Origin: Phoronis australis
Taxonomy: Eukaryota; Animalia; Phoronida
Direction: 5' to 3'
Length of the DNA stretch: 64,000 nucleotides
Assembly (NCBI GenBank): GCA_002633005.1
Contig: NMRA01000094.1
Location: 24,208 to 88,207, forward strand
This document shows positions 39,201 through 50,668 of the stretch, piece by piece. How positions within the stretch are numbered: the stretch's first letter is position 1; each line of letters opens with the position of its first letter. The notes beneath the pieces are model-generated. The model did no database searches. It had not been told where the DNA came from and saw only the letters and a list, made by a program, of their open reading frames with translations. Both the position numbers and the translations under genes were made by a program.

Positions 39201-40015
39201 AACAACATGGTTATCTATCATAACAATCAGTCAACACTACTCTCCTCAAACCTAAACAACATGGTTATCTATCATAACAATCAGTCAACACTAGACTCCT
39301 CAAACCTAAACAACATGGTTATCTATCATAACAATCAGTCAACACTACTCTCCTCAAACCTAAACAACATGGTCAACTTTGACAACAATCAGCCAGATTC
39401 ATCAGCACCTTGCCATAGTCAAGTGGCAAAATACACAAGAGGCAAAATAAACATTTTTTATTGAAGGACAACAGTTTATCCGTACTTTTGGCTCATGTGC
39501 ATTCCAATATTATTGAACTTGTGTACAAAAATGGTGAAGATATCTGTGTGAACGAACCGGCCATTTGGATGAGTGCCCATCTCAGACTTCCAAAAAAAAT
39601 TTTTTTTTTAAACCCCCATACTTGGGTCATGCCAATCTGTGTGTTCACCTGCACGAGTGCTACAATGTAATATTTACACCAAGGTCACTGCTTAGAAGGC
39701 AGATTGTTTCTAATGATGCTTTTGAGAAACTTTAGCAGCTTTGAGTGACAGCAGAGTAGCACAAGGGAAGCAGTGTTGTAAAAATGACTCTAACAACTTT
39801 AATAGCAGTTAATGGCACGACAAAGAAGCTTGCTTCATTACAGGAAGTAGATGCTTACTGTGTGATGATGATGTAAACTCTACAGGTTTAGAGTTCAAAC
39901 GATCACTTGAGTTAACCAATGAAGACGCTGGATGACCTCCGCTGCTTGCATTTAGAATGGACCTCACGGCATTATTGAGTTGTTCTATGTTGATAGTTGA
40001 CAGTGATTCAGACAT
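26840..40015 (-). CDS. PRDM4: PR/SET domain zinc-finger protein PRDM4 orthologue (9 coding exons, 778 aa)
   Basis: GT-AG, phase-consistent exons 40015-39859, 38382-38194, 37422-36754, 35590-35483, 34969-34814, 33960-33851, 29107-28891, 28590-28315 and 27294-26840 sum to 2337 nt. The product has a P/S/T/Q-rich N-terminus, zinc knuckle, PR domain and 7 zinc fingers ending TKYHMIRHKKTCKG, resembling vertebrate PRDM4 TKYHLTRHLKTCKG (recalled). Confidence 0.88.
27820..28092. repeat. Intronic minisatellite, 46 bp x~6
   Basis: CTGGATCCCAACCTTAGCTATTGCTAGTAGCAAC-like units. Confidence 0.88.
28315..28590 (-). CDS. PRDM4: PRDM4 exon: zinc fingers 1-3
   Basis: Acceptor CTAG|GT and donor CGG|GTAAG. CRVC..H..H, WKCTLC..HMGLRPFKC.. 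Confidence 0.92.
28891..29107 (-). CDS. PRDM4: PRDM4 exon: PR/SET C-terminal half
   Basis: SNWLRFMKRAR..EQNVIAYQ..IYF..ELLYWYSPDYA, with canonical splice sites. Confidence 0.93.
30503..31865 (-). mobile_element. Non-autonomous Helitron-like element, copy 2, in a PRDM4 intron
   Basis: Reverse-complement similarity to 3415-4922. CTAG terminus at 30503-30506. 5' end approximate. Confidence 0.75.
32596..32757. repeat. Intronic tandem repeat, 52 bp x3
   Basis: AGCAATACAAAGCATTGAAATGCTTCTAGGTGTGTTCATTAGTTTCAACAAG x3. Confidence 0.93.
33462..33867. repeat. Minisatellite, 58 bp x7, spanning a PRDM4 exon/intron junction
   Basis: Units start at 33462, 33520, 33578, 33636, 33694, 33752 and 33810. Each contains AAG|GTGAGA on the minus strand. 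Confidence 0.95.
33851..33960 (-). CDS. PRDM4: PRDM4 exon: PR/SET N-terminal half
   Basis: TTCAG|GT..AAG|GTGAG. GVWTKVKLPCNTLFSMLKG..YLWK joins in frame to LFDAKG. Confidence 0.85.
34249..34432. repeat. Intronic minisatellite, 40 bp x~4.5
   Basis: CACTCAGACCTGTCTGTAATGTTACATTGACATCATGTGA units. Confidence 0.9.
34814..34969 (-). CDS. PRDM4: PRDM4 exon: PR zinc knuckle
   Basis: FCLHC..PCDLH..VADSPVVSKARASLP, with canonical splice sites. Confidence 0.9.
35065..35253. repeat. Intronic minisatellite, 27 bp x7
   Basis: CAGAGAGCAGTGACTGTGGATGAGCGG units. Confidence 0.95.
35294..35446. repeat. Intronic tandem repeat, 50 bp x3
   Basis: ATACTTAATTTTTGAATACCCATATCAGTATGTGACTCTTCTTCACTATT x3. Confidence 0.93.
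35483..35590 (-). CDS. PRDM4: PRDM4 internal exon (108 nt)
   Basis: TTTTACAG|TG..GTT|GTAAGT, phase 1-1, open frame LELLMSADG..EMGC. Confidence 0.78.
36754..37422 (-). CDS. PRDM4: PRDM4 large P/Q/S/T-rich exon
   Basis: Overlaps ORF 36677-37405. TTGTAG|CC and CCT|GTAAGT, phase 1-1. Confidence 0.85.
38194..38382 (-). CDS. PRDM4: PRDM4 coding exon 2
   Basis: TTTCAG|CT..GCA|GTGAGT, phase 1-1, S/T/P-rich. Confidence 0.78.
38450..38720. repeat. Intronic minisatellite, ~23 bp, with an assembly gap
   Basis: CCCCTTCCTCACCATATGTATGG units with an N-run inside. Confidence 0.92.
39013..39392. repeat. Intronic minisatellite, 54 bp x7
   Basis: GTCAACACTAGTCTCCTCAAACCTAAACAACATGGTTATCTATCATAACAATCA units. 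Confidence 0.95.
39859..40015 (-). CDS. PRDM4: PRDM4 first coding exon
   Basis: ATG at 40015 follows an in-frame TGA and an acceptor at 40041, implying an upstream non-coding exon. Donor ACA|GTAAG. Confidence 0.72.
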
Positions 40016-40339
40016 TTCCAGATTTCAACCAAATATGCACACTGAAACACAAGCAGTGGACATATCTTAAAATTATATTTTCAGGACCAAAAATCACACA
40101 TATTTAAAAGAACCCAGTGTGGTCAGGTAACCATCACATAAACAAATTGTTAAAACTTGTGTTTAAAGTGTAAAGTTTTGGTGTCCATCTTTTGTGAAAC
40201 CGGGGAAAGTTTTGGTCAAAAGTCCAACCATATAAAATTTTCATGCAATTGCATGACCTGGTAATATTTTTTGAAAATTGTCCTTGTATAAGCCTCTTGG
40301 GTATACATTTGGTCAAACTAGTGTGGCACTGTGTTGCAC

Positions 40340-40510
40340 AGCTGTGACACTCAACAAGACTCCACTTGGCAGTCAGCTGCGACACCCAACTAGACTACAA
40401 TTGACAGTCAGCTGTGACACTCAACAAGACTCCACTTGGCAGTCAGCTGCGACACCCAACTAGACTTCACTTGACAGTCAGCTGTGACACTCAACTACAC
40501 TCCACTTGGC
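40340..40510. repeat. Tandem repeat, 35-bp units forming 70-bp dimers
   Basis: AGCTG(T/C)GACAC(T/C)CAAC(A/T)AGAC..TTG(G/A)CAGTC alternating. Confidence 0.85.
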
Positions 40511-41694
40511 TTGGTTGTGTTACACAACTAGATCGCACTTGGCACCATTCAAAACAGTGATATTTTGTTGGAATTAAACCAGGAGTTGGTTCTAAACCTG
40601 TAAAATTGAGTCACAGAACAACTGTAAACATGCGTGACCACACCTGAAAAGATCGCAGCTTGTTTTCAACTACAGTGCTACCATTTCTACTTAGTAGTTG
40701 AGACGATGATGCTCCTATAGGGCCTTCATACGTCATATCCCTGGCACAAGCAGTGTAATAATGACCAGTTGCTGATTAGAGCAATTGAAAAAGAACTGCT
40801 ACAAAAAGTTTGATGACCGAAGTATTTGTTCAAGTAGGAAGGAATTAAGTCATCCACAGTCTTATAGCAACACGACTTTGATCAGTGTGAGACATAATTT
40901 GCCAAAAAACTTCTGGTGTATGAAGGCCTTAATGGAGCTTGTAGAGACGGTGGTACAGTCTAGTTTTTAACATACTTAAAGCAACTTGATGTATTCAGCA
41001 AATTCTTGCTTGAGCAGGACACCTTGATGCCACACTAAGATTATCGTGTTCTAAGAAATCAAGAGAGATTATCAACATGATCAAACAGTTTGGAAAACAC
41101 CGAGAGAGAGGACTACAACACACAATCAAACTCATTTCAAAATACAGCAAAAAGAAATCAAACGAAACATGCATATTTGCTCATAGAGTTATAATTAACA
41201 AATACCATGACTCTGAATACAATTTAGTTAACATAACTTGAACATATCCATGTAAATCCGATCGCGGTTCACTCGAGTTTCTCTCACCGGGTGCCATTTT
41301 GAGAAAGTTACCTGAAATCACGCCTGTTGACGAACAAAAAAAACCACGGGACACAAATTTCACCCGATATCTTCCTATGCTATTTTGCAAGTATCAAGCG
41401 CTTCGCTCAGTCTCACGCTAACCTTTGCCTAACTGACAGGACTCAGTTGAAATATTTTGTGATTATCGCAGGCACAGTGAAAAAGTTAACAGTGACCAAA
41501 AAAGAGTAGCTGGAATTCTTTGCCCAAGTCACCTTAATTCTCATAACTATGCTTCATTGAAGATATGTGTAGCAGAAAGGATTACTGAAGAAAGTAAGCA
41601 CCTTTTTAATTGATGGTTTTAAGTGAAGAATGTATTTTTGACAAGGAGAACTCTTAATCAGTCAGTGGATTTCGCCTACCGTCTGTTAAAAATA

Positions 41695-43137
41695 CAGTAT
41701 TCGCCCTAATATCCGCTCTGTGACGTATCTGTAACCTATAACAGACTTTCTACAAAATTCTGGTGCATTGCAATCAAACTTTGCTGCTAAATTGACATCA
41801 TTTTACAGAAATTTGTGCTGAAATCTCAGGGCAAAAACTCCCCGACTGACTGCCTCGCAATCATCGATACGGCGACTTGAATGTTTGAATAAAAATAGTT
41901 TCAACTCAATCAAATTACCTGAAATCCTCCTTAAGTTTTCCAAATAGCGGCCCTAAGATTTTTAAGTTCCAGTGGAGTCAGGATAAATGACAGGTTGAGT
42001 ACAAATTTGTGATCGGCAACGCGTGAAAAATCTCTGGACAAACACACATGTTGTTGTCACGTGACGTCTGTTTTGAAGTTCGTCTGCGTGTGTGAGTAAC
42101 CGAGTGCGTGCGTGTCACCAGAGTTCATTTGCCAGAGTAGAAAATGCATGTGCATTGTATGTAAAGAAATTAGCACAAGCAGTATGCCTAAAACAGAACA
42201 CGTTTCATTCAGCACTTGCCAGACTCATGTGCCAAAAACGTTCAACATTATTTGTCTCGGTACGGCCCATATAAGTCGCTTTGTGGCTGGATGCGTACGT
42301 AACTATACGAGTTATTTTTCGGTATAAGGGTGTGTAAGAATTCACTGTCAGTTGTCATTTTATGAGATATTTGGATTTAAAAACACCAGTTATCATTAAT
42401 CAAACAATTCCTCTTAAAAATAATGCCAAACAACGATAGCACTTTTTTCCAGTCTTCCCAAACCAATGAAAACTTTGAAATAAAACATTATTCTGATTGC
42501 ACCACCAACAATATTATTTACCTTATAACTTGTAAAAAATGTTCTATCCAATACGTAGGACAAACTCAACATAATCTACAAACTCGGTTTCGTAATCACA
42601 GATTTAACATAATACATAAAAACATTTCTGATACTATAGGTAATCATTTCAATTCCAAAAACCATAATATTCAAGATCTTTCTGTACAAATAATAGAAAA
42701 ACTCCAACACCCCAGTACCCCTCACAGACTTAAAAGAGAACAATATTGGATAGACAAACTGAATACAATAGAACCTCATGGATTGAACATACAAACTTCT
42801 TAAAATATGTCATTGAATTTTTTACGGAAAAATGTATCATTTTCATTACACCATATCTTATATGTCAATTGTCATTTTGTGTTTGATTTTACTTTATTTC
42901 TGTTTTTGTTGATAAAGGAAGTTGTTACCTCCGAAAATTTCAAATTTCAGTTGATCCATTCTTGTTGTTTTATTTACCGATTTATATTCTTCATTTCATG
43001 AAACAATAGTATCCTTGGGAGGATCTGGATCGCCTTATTTAGTTTCAGATATATTTTCTACGTTATTTTAGCAAAGTATGAAAACACGTGGGGGGGGGTG
43101 CTTATAGGGGCATGGGCCGTTTTAAGGGCAAATACGG
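41695..43137. mobile_element. Tc1/mariner(pogo)-type non-autonomous element hosting a Penelope fragment
   Basis: Inverted ends TA|CAGTATTCGCCCT and AGGGCAAATACGG|TA with TA flanks. Confidence 0.62.
42423..42803 (+). mobile_element. Penelope-like element GIY-YIG endonuclease (5'-truncated)
   Basis: C..NIIYLITCKKC..QYVGQT..LQTRFRNH..IGNHF..H..REQYWIDKLNTIEPHGLN, the typical PLE endonuclease C-terminus. No RT upstream. Confidence 0.9.
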
Positions 43138-43280
43138 TACACGGGATGAAATTAGTACAGAAAGTGATGGGAAGTATTGTAGCCCCTAACCAGTCAACCG
43201 AAGGGCTACGTGTTGCCTAATGATCAAGCAGTTTGGAGCATAATGTCACCGAGAGAGATAATTATCTCTTTCCTGTCTCC

Positions 43281-43941
43281 TAGGGTGGCACTGAACAGTT
43301 AGACTTACAGTCGCGGCCAATTTACACTCTCAAAATATTAACATCTATTGGTAGGCCAGGCTTGGGGGCATTTTTTTAGTTAGGTATTGTATGTAGGCCT
43401 TGTGAATTTGGTTTGTTTGTATTTATGAACATGCTGAGAATAAAAAAGGCCACTTTCTCGGCTGTAGCTACACTCTTCTTGAAGATGGTGGCTCACCCTG
43501 TTGCAATTGTGAAGGGGTGTGTATCAACTAAAAAATTGGGCCTCAAACAAGCCAGATTTGCAAAAAACTAGTTGGTTAACAATACTTTTGAACCACATTT
43601 TTGGAATCAGTAGGAAATTTGCTTTCGAAATCTAATGTTGGCTTTAGTCGAGCATCGGCAGGGAAGTGATGGTTTTGGGGTGGAAAGTGCCAATTTTGCA
43701 TTTTCTTGCCCTTATTTTTCTTAGTCCAGCTTGGTTTCCACTGGGAGTGAAAGGGTCAAAAATATAAGAGAGAACAAAGTTTCTGAACTCATCTGTAGGG
43801 CTTGTGATGTGAAATGACTCAAAAAATTTTCTTCATTTGCATGCAGTTTTTGACAGAGTGAAGAAAGGTTGAACTTGAAGAGTCCATTAACGCGTGTGTT
43901 CTCATAGGCAAACCCCTGTGAGAACTGTTCAGTGCCTCCTA
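43281..43941. mobile_element. TAG-terminated inverted-repeat element
   Basis: TAGGGTGGCACTGAACAGTT / AACTGTTCAGTGCCTCCTA. No TSD seen. Confidence 0.6.
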
Positions 43942-44413
43942 GAGCTAACGTAAGCCGATAGTCACGAGGGATCATTCCAGTCAATGGAAACCTGCAGAAG
44001 AGTATATGCGATGAATAATAGAAACAAAAAACGACACCTTTAAGTCTTTCAGACAAGAGTGAAGAGAACTCAACCCAGTCCTATCCAAATTAAAAAAGTC
44101 GTCGTTCACTCGTTAACTGAGAGCGAGCAAAACCGGTTAGAAAACGAACCAGTGTGTACCACTATGCTCGACCAGAGTTCATTAAGCTTCTTGGCACATA
44201 ACAATTACACCCAGCTCTACCACAATCAACATACTTCAAGCAGTGTTACTGTTAGTGTTAGCTGTCCGTTTTCCTCATATTTTAGACAATGTTTTATTGC
44301 CTCAGCACATTGAAATCTTGAGACACCTAGTGGAGACTACATGAACTATAGTTTTCCTTTTCTTTCCGGAGAGGGAGCGGACTGGGTGGCCATCCAGGTT
44401 CTCCGTGAAAGAG

Positions 44414-46486
44414 CAGGGCCGTAGGAAGCGGGGTGGCCGGGGACGGGGGGAGGAGGTGGCTCGTGCTCCCCCAAAAAATTTCACGCGTCATTGTTAAACC
44501 GAGGCAACCGGCATAAGCGTGGGGCCGGGGACAGTCGAGAAAAGGAAAACCAGCCAAGAGTGCGAAACACGCCAAGCGGGAAAATTCAAGAGAACATCTA
44601 ACAACTCTGTATCAGTGCATGTTTTACCTTTTGAGGACCCTGGCGGGGACATTGTTGTTAGGGTCTCAGCACAGGTCGTCTAAAGGCACTTGAAAACGTA
44701 CACGTAATCATATTTGCCTGGAAAAATCGAAAAAATTGCATGGCTAAAGCGACTAGAAAATTTGCAGAGCCTACTAATTTACTAAATGGATTTTTAAATT
44801 CAATAAGTCAATTTTGTGAAAGCAAACCTATATTTTTCCAGAGGCCCCTCTCTGGCAAGGGATAATGGAGACAACTTTCGCTTTATGTTTTTCCTCCTCA
44901 GTCGAAATTGTACTCACTGATTTGAGAAAAATTGATGACCACTGGCAGTCGGACAGACAACATCAATTGCTGCGCATTTCCTGATTTTTGAAAATATATA
45001 TATTTTTATATTTAGGGGCCCTGCCATTAAAGGAGGCCATTGATTACACTCAAGTGACCACCATTTTGTTTTTTATTGACAAATTCTTAAGGGGCCACTC
45101 GATCAGAAAGAGGGCCCAATGTTGGAATCGATTACCTCTATTTTCCTGTTTTTATGAAATCATGAAACCGGCTTTCATGTGAAAGAAATACAAGGCAATT
45201 GAACGCCATCGAAAGGATGGAATTTTGAAGAACGTGAAGCCCACTACTTGTGAATTACACACCATTTCCGGTGGTTAAAAATAATGTTATTGTTTCCCAT
45301 ATCACAAGAATAGCCTAGTATCTCTTTTGAAGATGGTTACTATGAGTTGTTTGTAAGGAATTCCCACATGTAGAAAACAATGCTGTCTATGCTACTATTT
45401 CTGATAACCGTGTACATGTCGAAAGGGGGTACTCAAAAAACTCTCGCAATCATAAACAAAGATTTTTTTGTAAGTGGAGATCAAGTTTACCTCGTGAACA
45501 GTTACGGGTACCTCTGAAATACACCTTAATACGAATGCCCCATCTCCCATGTTGCCCCGGTTACCAGTGTTAAAAATGTGCGAGCATGCCTGCGAAAATT
45601 GCTTATAACATTCCGTATCGATAAACAAATTCGTTGATTTCTGATTTAGTTGTTTACGTATCTAAGAAAATGGATAGATTCATAGATGATCTTTAACAAT
45701 TAGAAGCTAATCTTGAAAAAATTGATAATGTTTCAGTGAATTTAGTTGCAGCCTGAAGTTGGAAAAACACTATAATCCGATCCCCAAATAGTGAAGTATA
45801 CTTAGACGATTTTTGCTTATAAATAACTCTCAAAGATATTGATGAAATTCGGAATCACGAACCATAGATAGAAAAAAGTTTTAAAATTCCTTAAATAAAT
45901 AAAATTAAACTCATTACCCGCGCAGAATCTTAGTTATCCACAGGAACCGAACTCCAAACGTTGAAGTCGTACATTTTTGAGACACTCATTTTCCCCGCAA
46001 ACCAGAAACTGAACTGCCGGTCGTGTTTCAACGAAGGGTTTTGAAACAGCCCCAAAAGCACTATACCAGGGACCTCGGGACCTCACCTTTTCAGAAAACT
46101 TCATAGAATGACCAAAATAAAACAAAATATTCCCGAAACTGGATCGCAATAAAACCAATCTTGACGTTAGAGCCAGCGCAGACGGATAGGTACGAGCTAT
46201 GCTGCTTGTCTCAAGTGAATCATAGCTGACCTGACCAGCGACTGGCTTTAGTTCATCGGGAATTACTTGAGGCAGCTCCTCGCTACCCGTCAGTGCACTG
46301 GTCCTAGGCCCATTCTTACTCTCCGTGTTAGTTCACGGTTACTCAACTCTTGATGGTTGTATCCCCGGGATTGACCCCCACCGAGGGCGGACGTGGGGCA
46401 GAGGTGATGGCGAGGAGGGGGGTAGTTTGGCGAAGTCTCAATGGTTTGTGCCCCCCCCCAATAATTTTTGTCTTCCTACGGACCCG
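44414..46486. mobile_element. 2.07-kb TIR element with a 5-bp TSD (hAT5-like)
   Basis: CAGGGCCGTAGGAAG / CTTCCTACGGACCCG, with AAGAG on both flanks. Confidence 0.8.
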
Positions 46487-46595
46487 AAGAGTGCCAGAGT
46501 TCAATGTGAACTGATCTGTTAGAACATGCCAGTATAGTCCTTATGTAATACATGTAGAGGTACGTTCTAAAAATCGAGTAGATCGAAACTAAGCC

Positions 46596-47914
46596 GGAGT
46601 AGCATTAAACAATGACTCCGGGTTGCCAGTAAATAATGTCTCATCAATGGATCATTTTTTACTATTAAGAAATTACCCCGGGAATTTTAGTTTTCACGGA
46701 GTCTAAATTTAATGTAAAGAATTTTCGACTCTTGAAAAAAATGACCCCACTTCCGTGAAAACTTCTCCGGTCATTGATTCAACGGTTTCTCCGCAATAGG
46801 GGGTTAATTGGGACAAGCAGACATGATACCCGCAATGTTCTATACGTGGATGTTTATGTCTGGGAGTGACCTCGGGGGATGTACATGGGTTAGGGTTGTG
46901 GTTAGCTGGTCCCCGACAGCTGTTGGCCTGTGCGATCGATTTCTAAACAGAAATGTCTCCGGAGACCCAATCGACGACGCGGTGCGTATAGGTGATTTGC
47001 ATCAGTGAGAGGAGAATAATTCTACGCTTCTTACCTTTTCTGTATAGTGCAATTAGGCAGAGAAAGTAACGGCGTGCAGGCCAAGAACTTCGGGAGCTGG
47101 GATGGTCTCCTCGCGAGCAAAGAATATTATGTCCGTGACTCAGGGAAAATGTGGTGCTGTCTAAGTTGGGTCGGGGAAATTTGAATCCGTGAGAGGGTCA
47201 AGCGTGCATGAGAGAAGAATTTTAAATTTCTATGCTGAGCGGCGCGCGGCCTTATATAAGAAGTGGCAGGAGGGAAAGGAATGATTTGAAATAATGTGTG
47301 GTGACGGGGCTGATCTCTTTGCGACCAAATAATTACACACGTGATTATACTACATAACGCCTAAAAGTACCTGGTGTTAGATCGAGAAACTTCAGATCTG
47401 TGAGAGAGGAATTTATGTACGCTGGCAATCCCGAAAGATGCACAGTAAAGGATCGTCTCATGCGGGGGTCTGTGTTATTTGCTTTTTATGCTCGGAATAT
47501 GTCCCGAAAATAATAGGTGCGTCGCAAGCTCCGTTTCCAGAGATACAAAGGAGACCGTGTATAGGCGATATAAGGTCATTTATTATGACTGATAAGGTAT
47601 AGAAATATGAATGTACAAATAACATAAAGATAAAATAATAATCTCTGGAAAGATGGGCAATAAAAAGCGCCAGCACTCGGGTAAGAGGAACTACCCAAAG
47701 TAGAGGGTGGTAGAGGGTGGGAAAAATGAAGAGAGATTAGCTCGAACCTATAAGTGCTGCAAAGCGAAGTACAGATGGCTTAATCTTAGTAAAAACAGGT
47801 CATGGGGTCACTTTTTAAAGTAGTTCACATTAAACTTAGACCCATTAAAAAGCGACCTGTGTCATTTTCAAGGTGAAAAAGTGACCCGGGGTGATTTTTA
47901 ATGCTACTGACACC
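46596..47914. mobile_element. 1.3-kb TIR element, GG..CC ends, possible 4-bp TSD
   Basis: AGTAGCATTAAACAATGACTCCGGGT / ACCCGGGGTGATTTTTAATGCTACT, with AGCC on both flanks. Confidence 0.6.
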
Positions 47915-48899
47915 AGCCTTCACAGAGAGCCCGTCCGAGTTCCGTCAGCTGCGCGGCCCTCAGACATGCCTTGCCAACCCGTAGTTATCGTCGAGGGCTC
48001 AGATAACTTTTGAGTGAAAACGGTACACTCAAAACCACCAAGCCCAAATAAGTTAGTCGGACTTATCTGCCACTTTGGTTCTCATATTAATCCCGTTTAC
48101 CCGGCGTTCCAACCAGTGTATTCATCAACGAAATTTACTCGGCCCTCGTTAAAAAACGTCCCGTTGACATCCATGTCAAGTTTTCTTGCAAACCAGCAGC
48201 CCAAAACACTTAACATGTACGAACGTATAGTATATCAACTACTGAAGACTGACTTAAAGTGCACCCCAAAATGCCCGGATATCAGAAAAATGAAGGATGA
48301 CAGTCCCCAGAAATGTGTTGTTTATTGGCCATTTGTGTCGAAAGAGTTAGTTAAATTACGAGCAATCGATGTCACACCGACTACGGAATGTCGAAGGACA
48401 CCCCACAATCGAGCGAGCACATTCGAAATTACACGGCTCAAAAACAATGGCATGCCATTGGTCACTCACACAGGCTCTTGGTTCGTTGAGACAACAGCAA
48501 ACATCTCGCCGCCAGAATATAAAGCGAGATTACATACATACACAGCATACACATAAACTTTAATATATATGCACGATACTGCTGTACAATACCCTGCCCA
48601 TCATGCTCAAGCGGCACTACATGTTATCAGATGGTGTCAGTGATTATGCAATTAATGATACCGCTAAGAAATATAAATTTAGCAAGGTTGTCTAAAAAGC
48701 CATTTTGTTAGCGGAATCAAGTTTTCTATAACAAACTTAATTTTATCGGATTTCGCAGTAAGCATTTTTTGTTATTTTTCCCCAAGAACTAACATTTATT
48801 ACAACAATAACAACATAGTACAAAGACAGGAATCCCCAATGACACATAACACCCACACACACGCACACATTTCACCGAACGAGAACTTAATTTCACAAA

Positions 48900-49390
48900 C
48901 CAAAAACACCAAATGTAATTTTCTCATCTGTAGTTTCTTTTTAAAGAGGAAAAAAACAGACCACCTTTGGAGAAATATGTCTCCTAATCCATTTTTACAA
49001 TAACTATAAAATAAATTTCTCATTCTTTTTTGAAAGGTGTTATAGATGAAGGCTTTACTTCCAGCTTTCTACAGTATATATGGTTTTTGGCCAAAATAAC
49101 GATAAGATTCAACAGTTCATTCGCTTTTCCAATTTTACCAAATATAACAGTTTGAAAATCTATAGATATATCGACATTTTTGAGTGAATATAATATTCAG
49201 CTATTCTTTTCCAAAAAGGCTTTAACAAAAGTGCAACCCCAAAATAAATGTTCTAAACTTCCAGGTTCATTCCTACAAAAGGTACATCGATCAGTTGGAG
49301 AAATACTAATTCGCATCAAAAAGTTGTTTGTTGCTAAAATTCTATGAACAATCATCTCATTTGAAACCATCTGAGTATAACATTTGAAGA
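48900..49390 (-). mobile_element. LINE (L1/Tx1-like) ORF2 C-terminal zinc-knuckle fragment
   Basis: HRILATNNFL..DRCTFC..SLEHLFWGC..(LLNLIVILAKNHIY), degenerate. Confidence 0.82.
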
Positions 49391-50514
49391 GCAAGAACAG
49401 AATTTTCAAAACAACTTCCATTCGGGCATTAATCTTGCAAAACCAAAATTATTTTCTAGTCCTTTTGGTTTTTGAAACGAAGTCGTCAGAAAAATATCAT
49501 ATATATCACGCGTGCCTTTTGAATTTTTTTTGCCAAAATTTGCCAGAGTTGTGGGATAACTGGTTGAGCCACTTTTGCACTTGAAAACGATTTCACAGTA
49601 AGTATTGTCAATATCGGCCTGTTCGAGTGTCTAGGATGTTCGTTTATTATGCAGTAAATATGTAAAAGAATCATTAGACCCCATCGGACACTGGTCACAA
49701 ACTAGCTGATGCCTGCGCCAAACTGAAGCTGACTGTCAGTTTCTTCTTCCCTTCTCTTCTTAATTCTTCCGGTTTCAACAAACAAACGAAGTACCGATCC
49801 TTATATGTTGGCGCATGATTGTTAGTGATAAATTTGAACTGTGCGTAATTGTTAAGTGAAATAACAACAAAATGATGTGCGGGTTAGTGCCAAGATAAAA
49901 ACAATTTTATTTTTAATTGAGTAAGGTTGATGTTAGAGACGAGAAACGTCGTTAGAACCAGTGTAGTGCTTTCGATGTGACTAAAAAGTCAGTTTTTAGC
50001 CTAAGTTTGTCTTACGTGAACTTGGAATCCTACTTCATGTCAAGATTAAGCGCAAATGAGTGCCCCTCTGTGCGCCAAAGGTACTAACAAAACCGTGACT
50101 TTGAAGTTTCAATCAATGTGAGGCATAATTCACCACAAAGCTTCCGGCGATGAAGCTCCTATTGAAGCTTGCGTCTCTATACTGGCCAGCTAGAGATGGT
50201 GGTCACTGTCTACTAATCCGCTACATATTTATAGATAAACTGGCTCATTTAGTAAACATGTGAATAGTACCTGCCTTTTCCTTTACCTGTGATGCTCAAC
50301 TCATCATCAAGTTCGTCATCTGTATCAAGTCCGTGAGAAGGCGATGATAAATCGCTGTTGTGAAGAGGCCCATTAATTGACCCGAACGTGTTGTGTGTGT
50401 GGCTGTCAGTGTCATACCGACCAGACGAACTTCATAGTGCGCCGGGACGAAGTTGCTTGATTAACTTCTGCTAAAACTTTCGTGTTCCCCATTACAAGTC
50501 TTGCTAATAAGGAA

Positions 50515-50668
50515 CAGTGGTGGATTTAGAGGGGGGCCAAGGGGGCAATGCCCCCCTAAAATTCTCCCAGATTCCATTGGGCAGTTCGGGGATGCGAATG
50601 TCTGCCGGGCAAAATCCTGTCTAAAACTCTGCCCTGCCCCCCAACTCAAAATCCTGGATCCGCCCTTG
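50515..50668 (-). mobile_element. CAG-terminated MITE, inverted copy
   Basis: CAGTGGTGGATTT...GGATCCGCCCTTG, with AGGAA on both flanks. Confidence 0.87.

Noticed and set aside
39006-39464. 152-aa Asn-rich repeat ORF
   Set aside because: A 54-bp minisatellite antisense within a PRDM4 intron, with no ATG start or splice support.
48014-48556. 180-aa ORF
   Set aside because: GTG start, no recognisable motif or splice context. Likely chance or repeat-derived.
50285-50435. Acidic exon-like stretch on the minus strand ending at CAG|GTAAAG
   Set aside because: No good acceptor, start or recognisable domain, so it cannot be linked to a gene.
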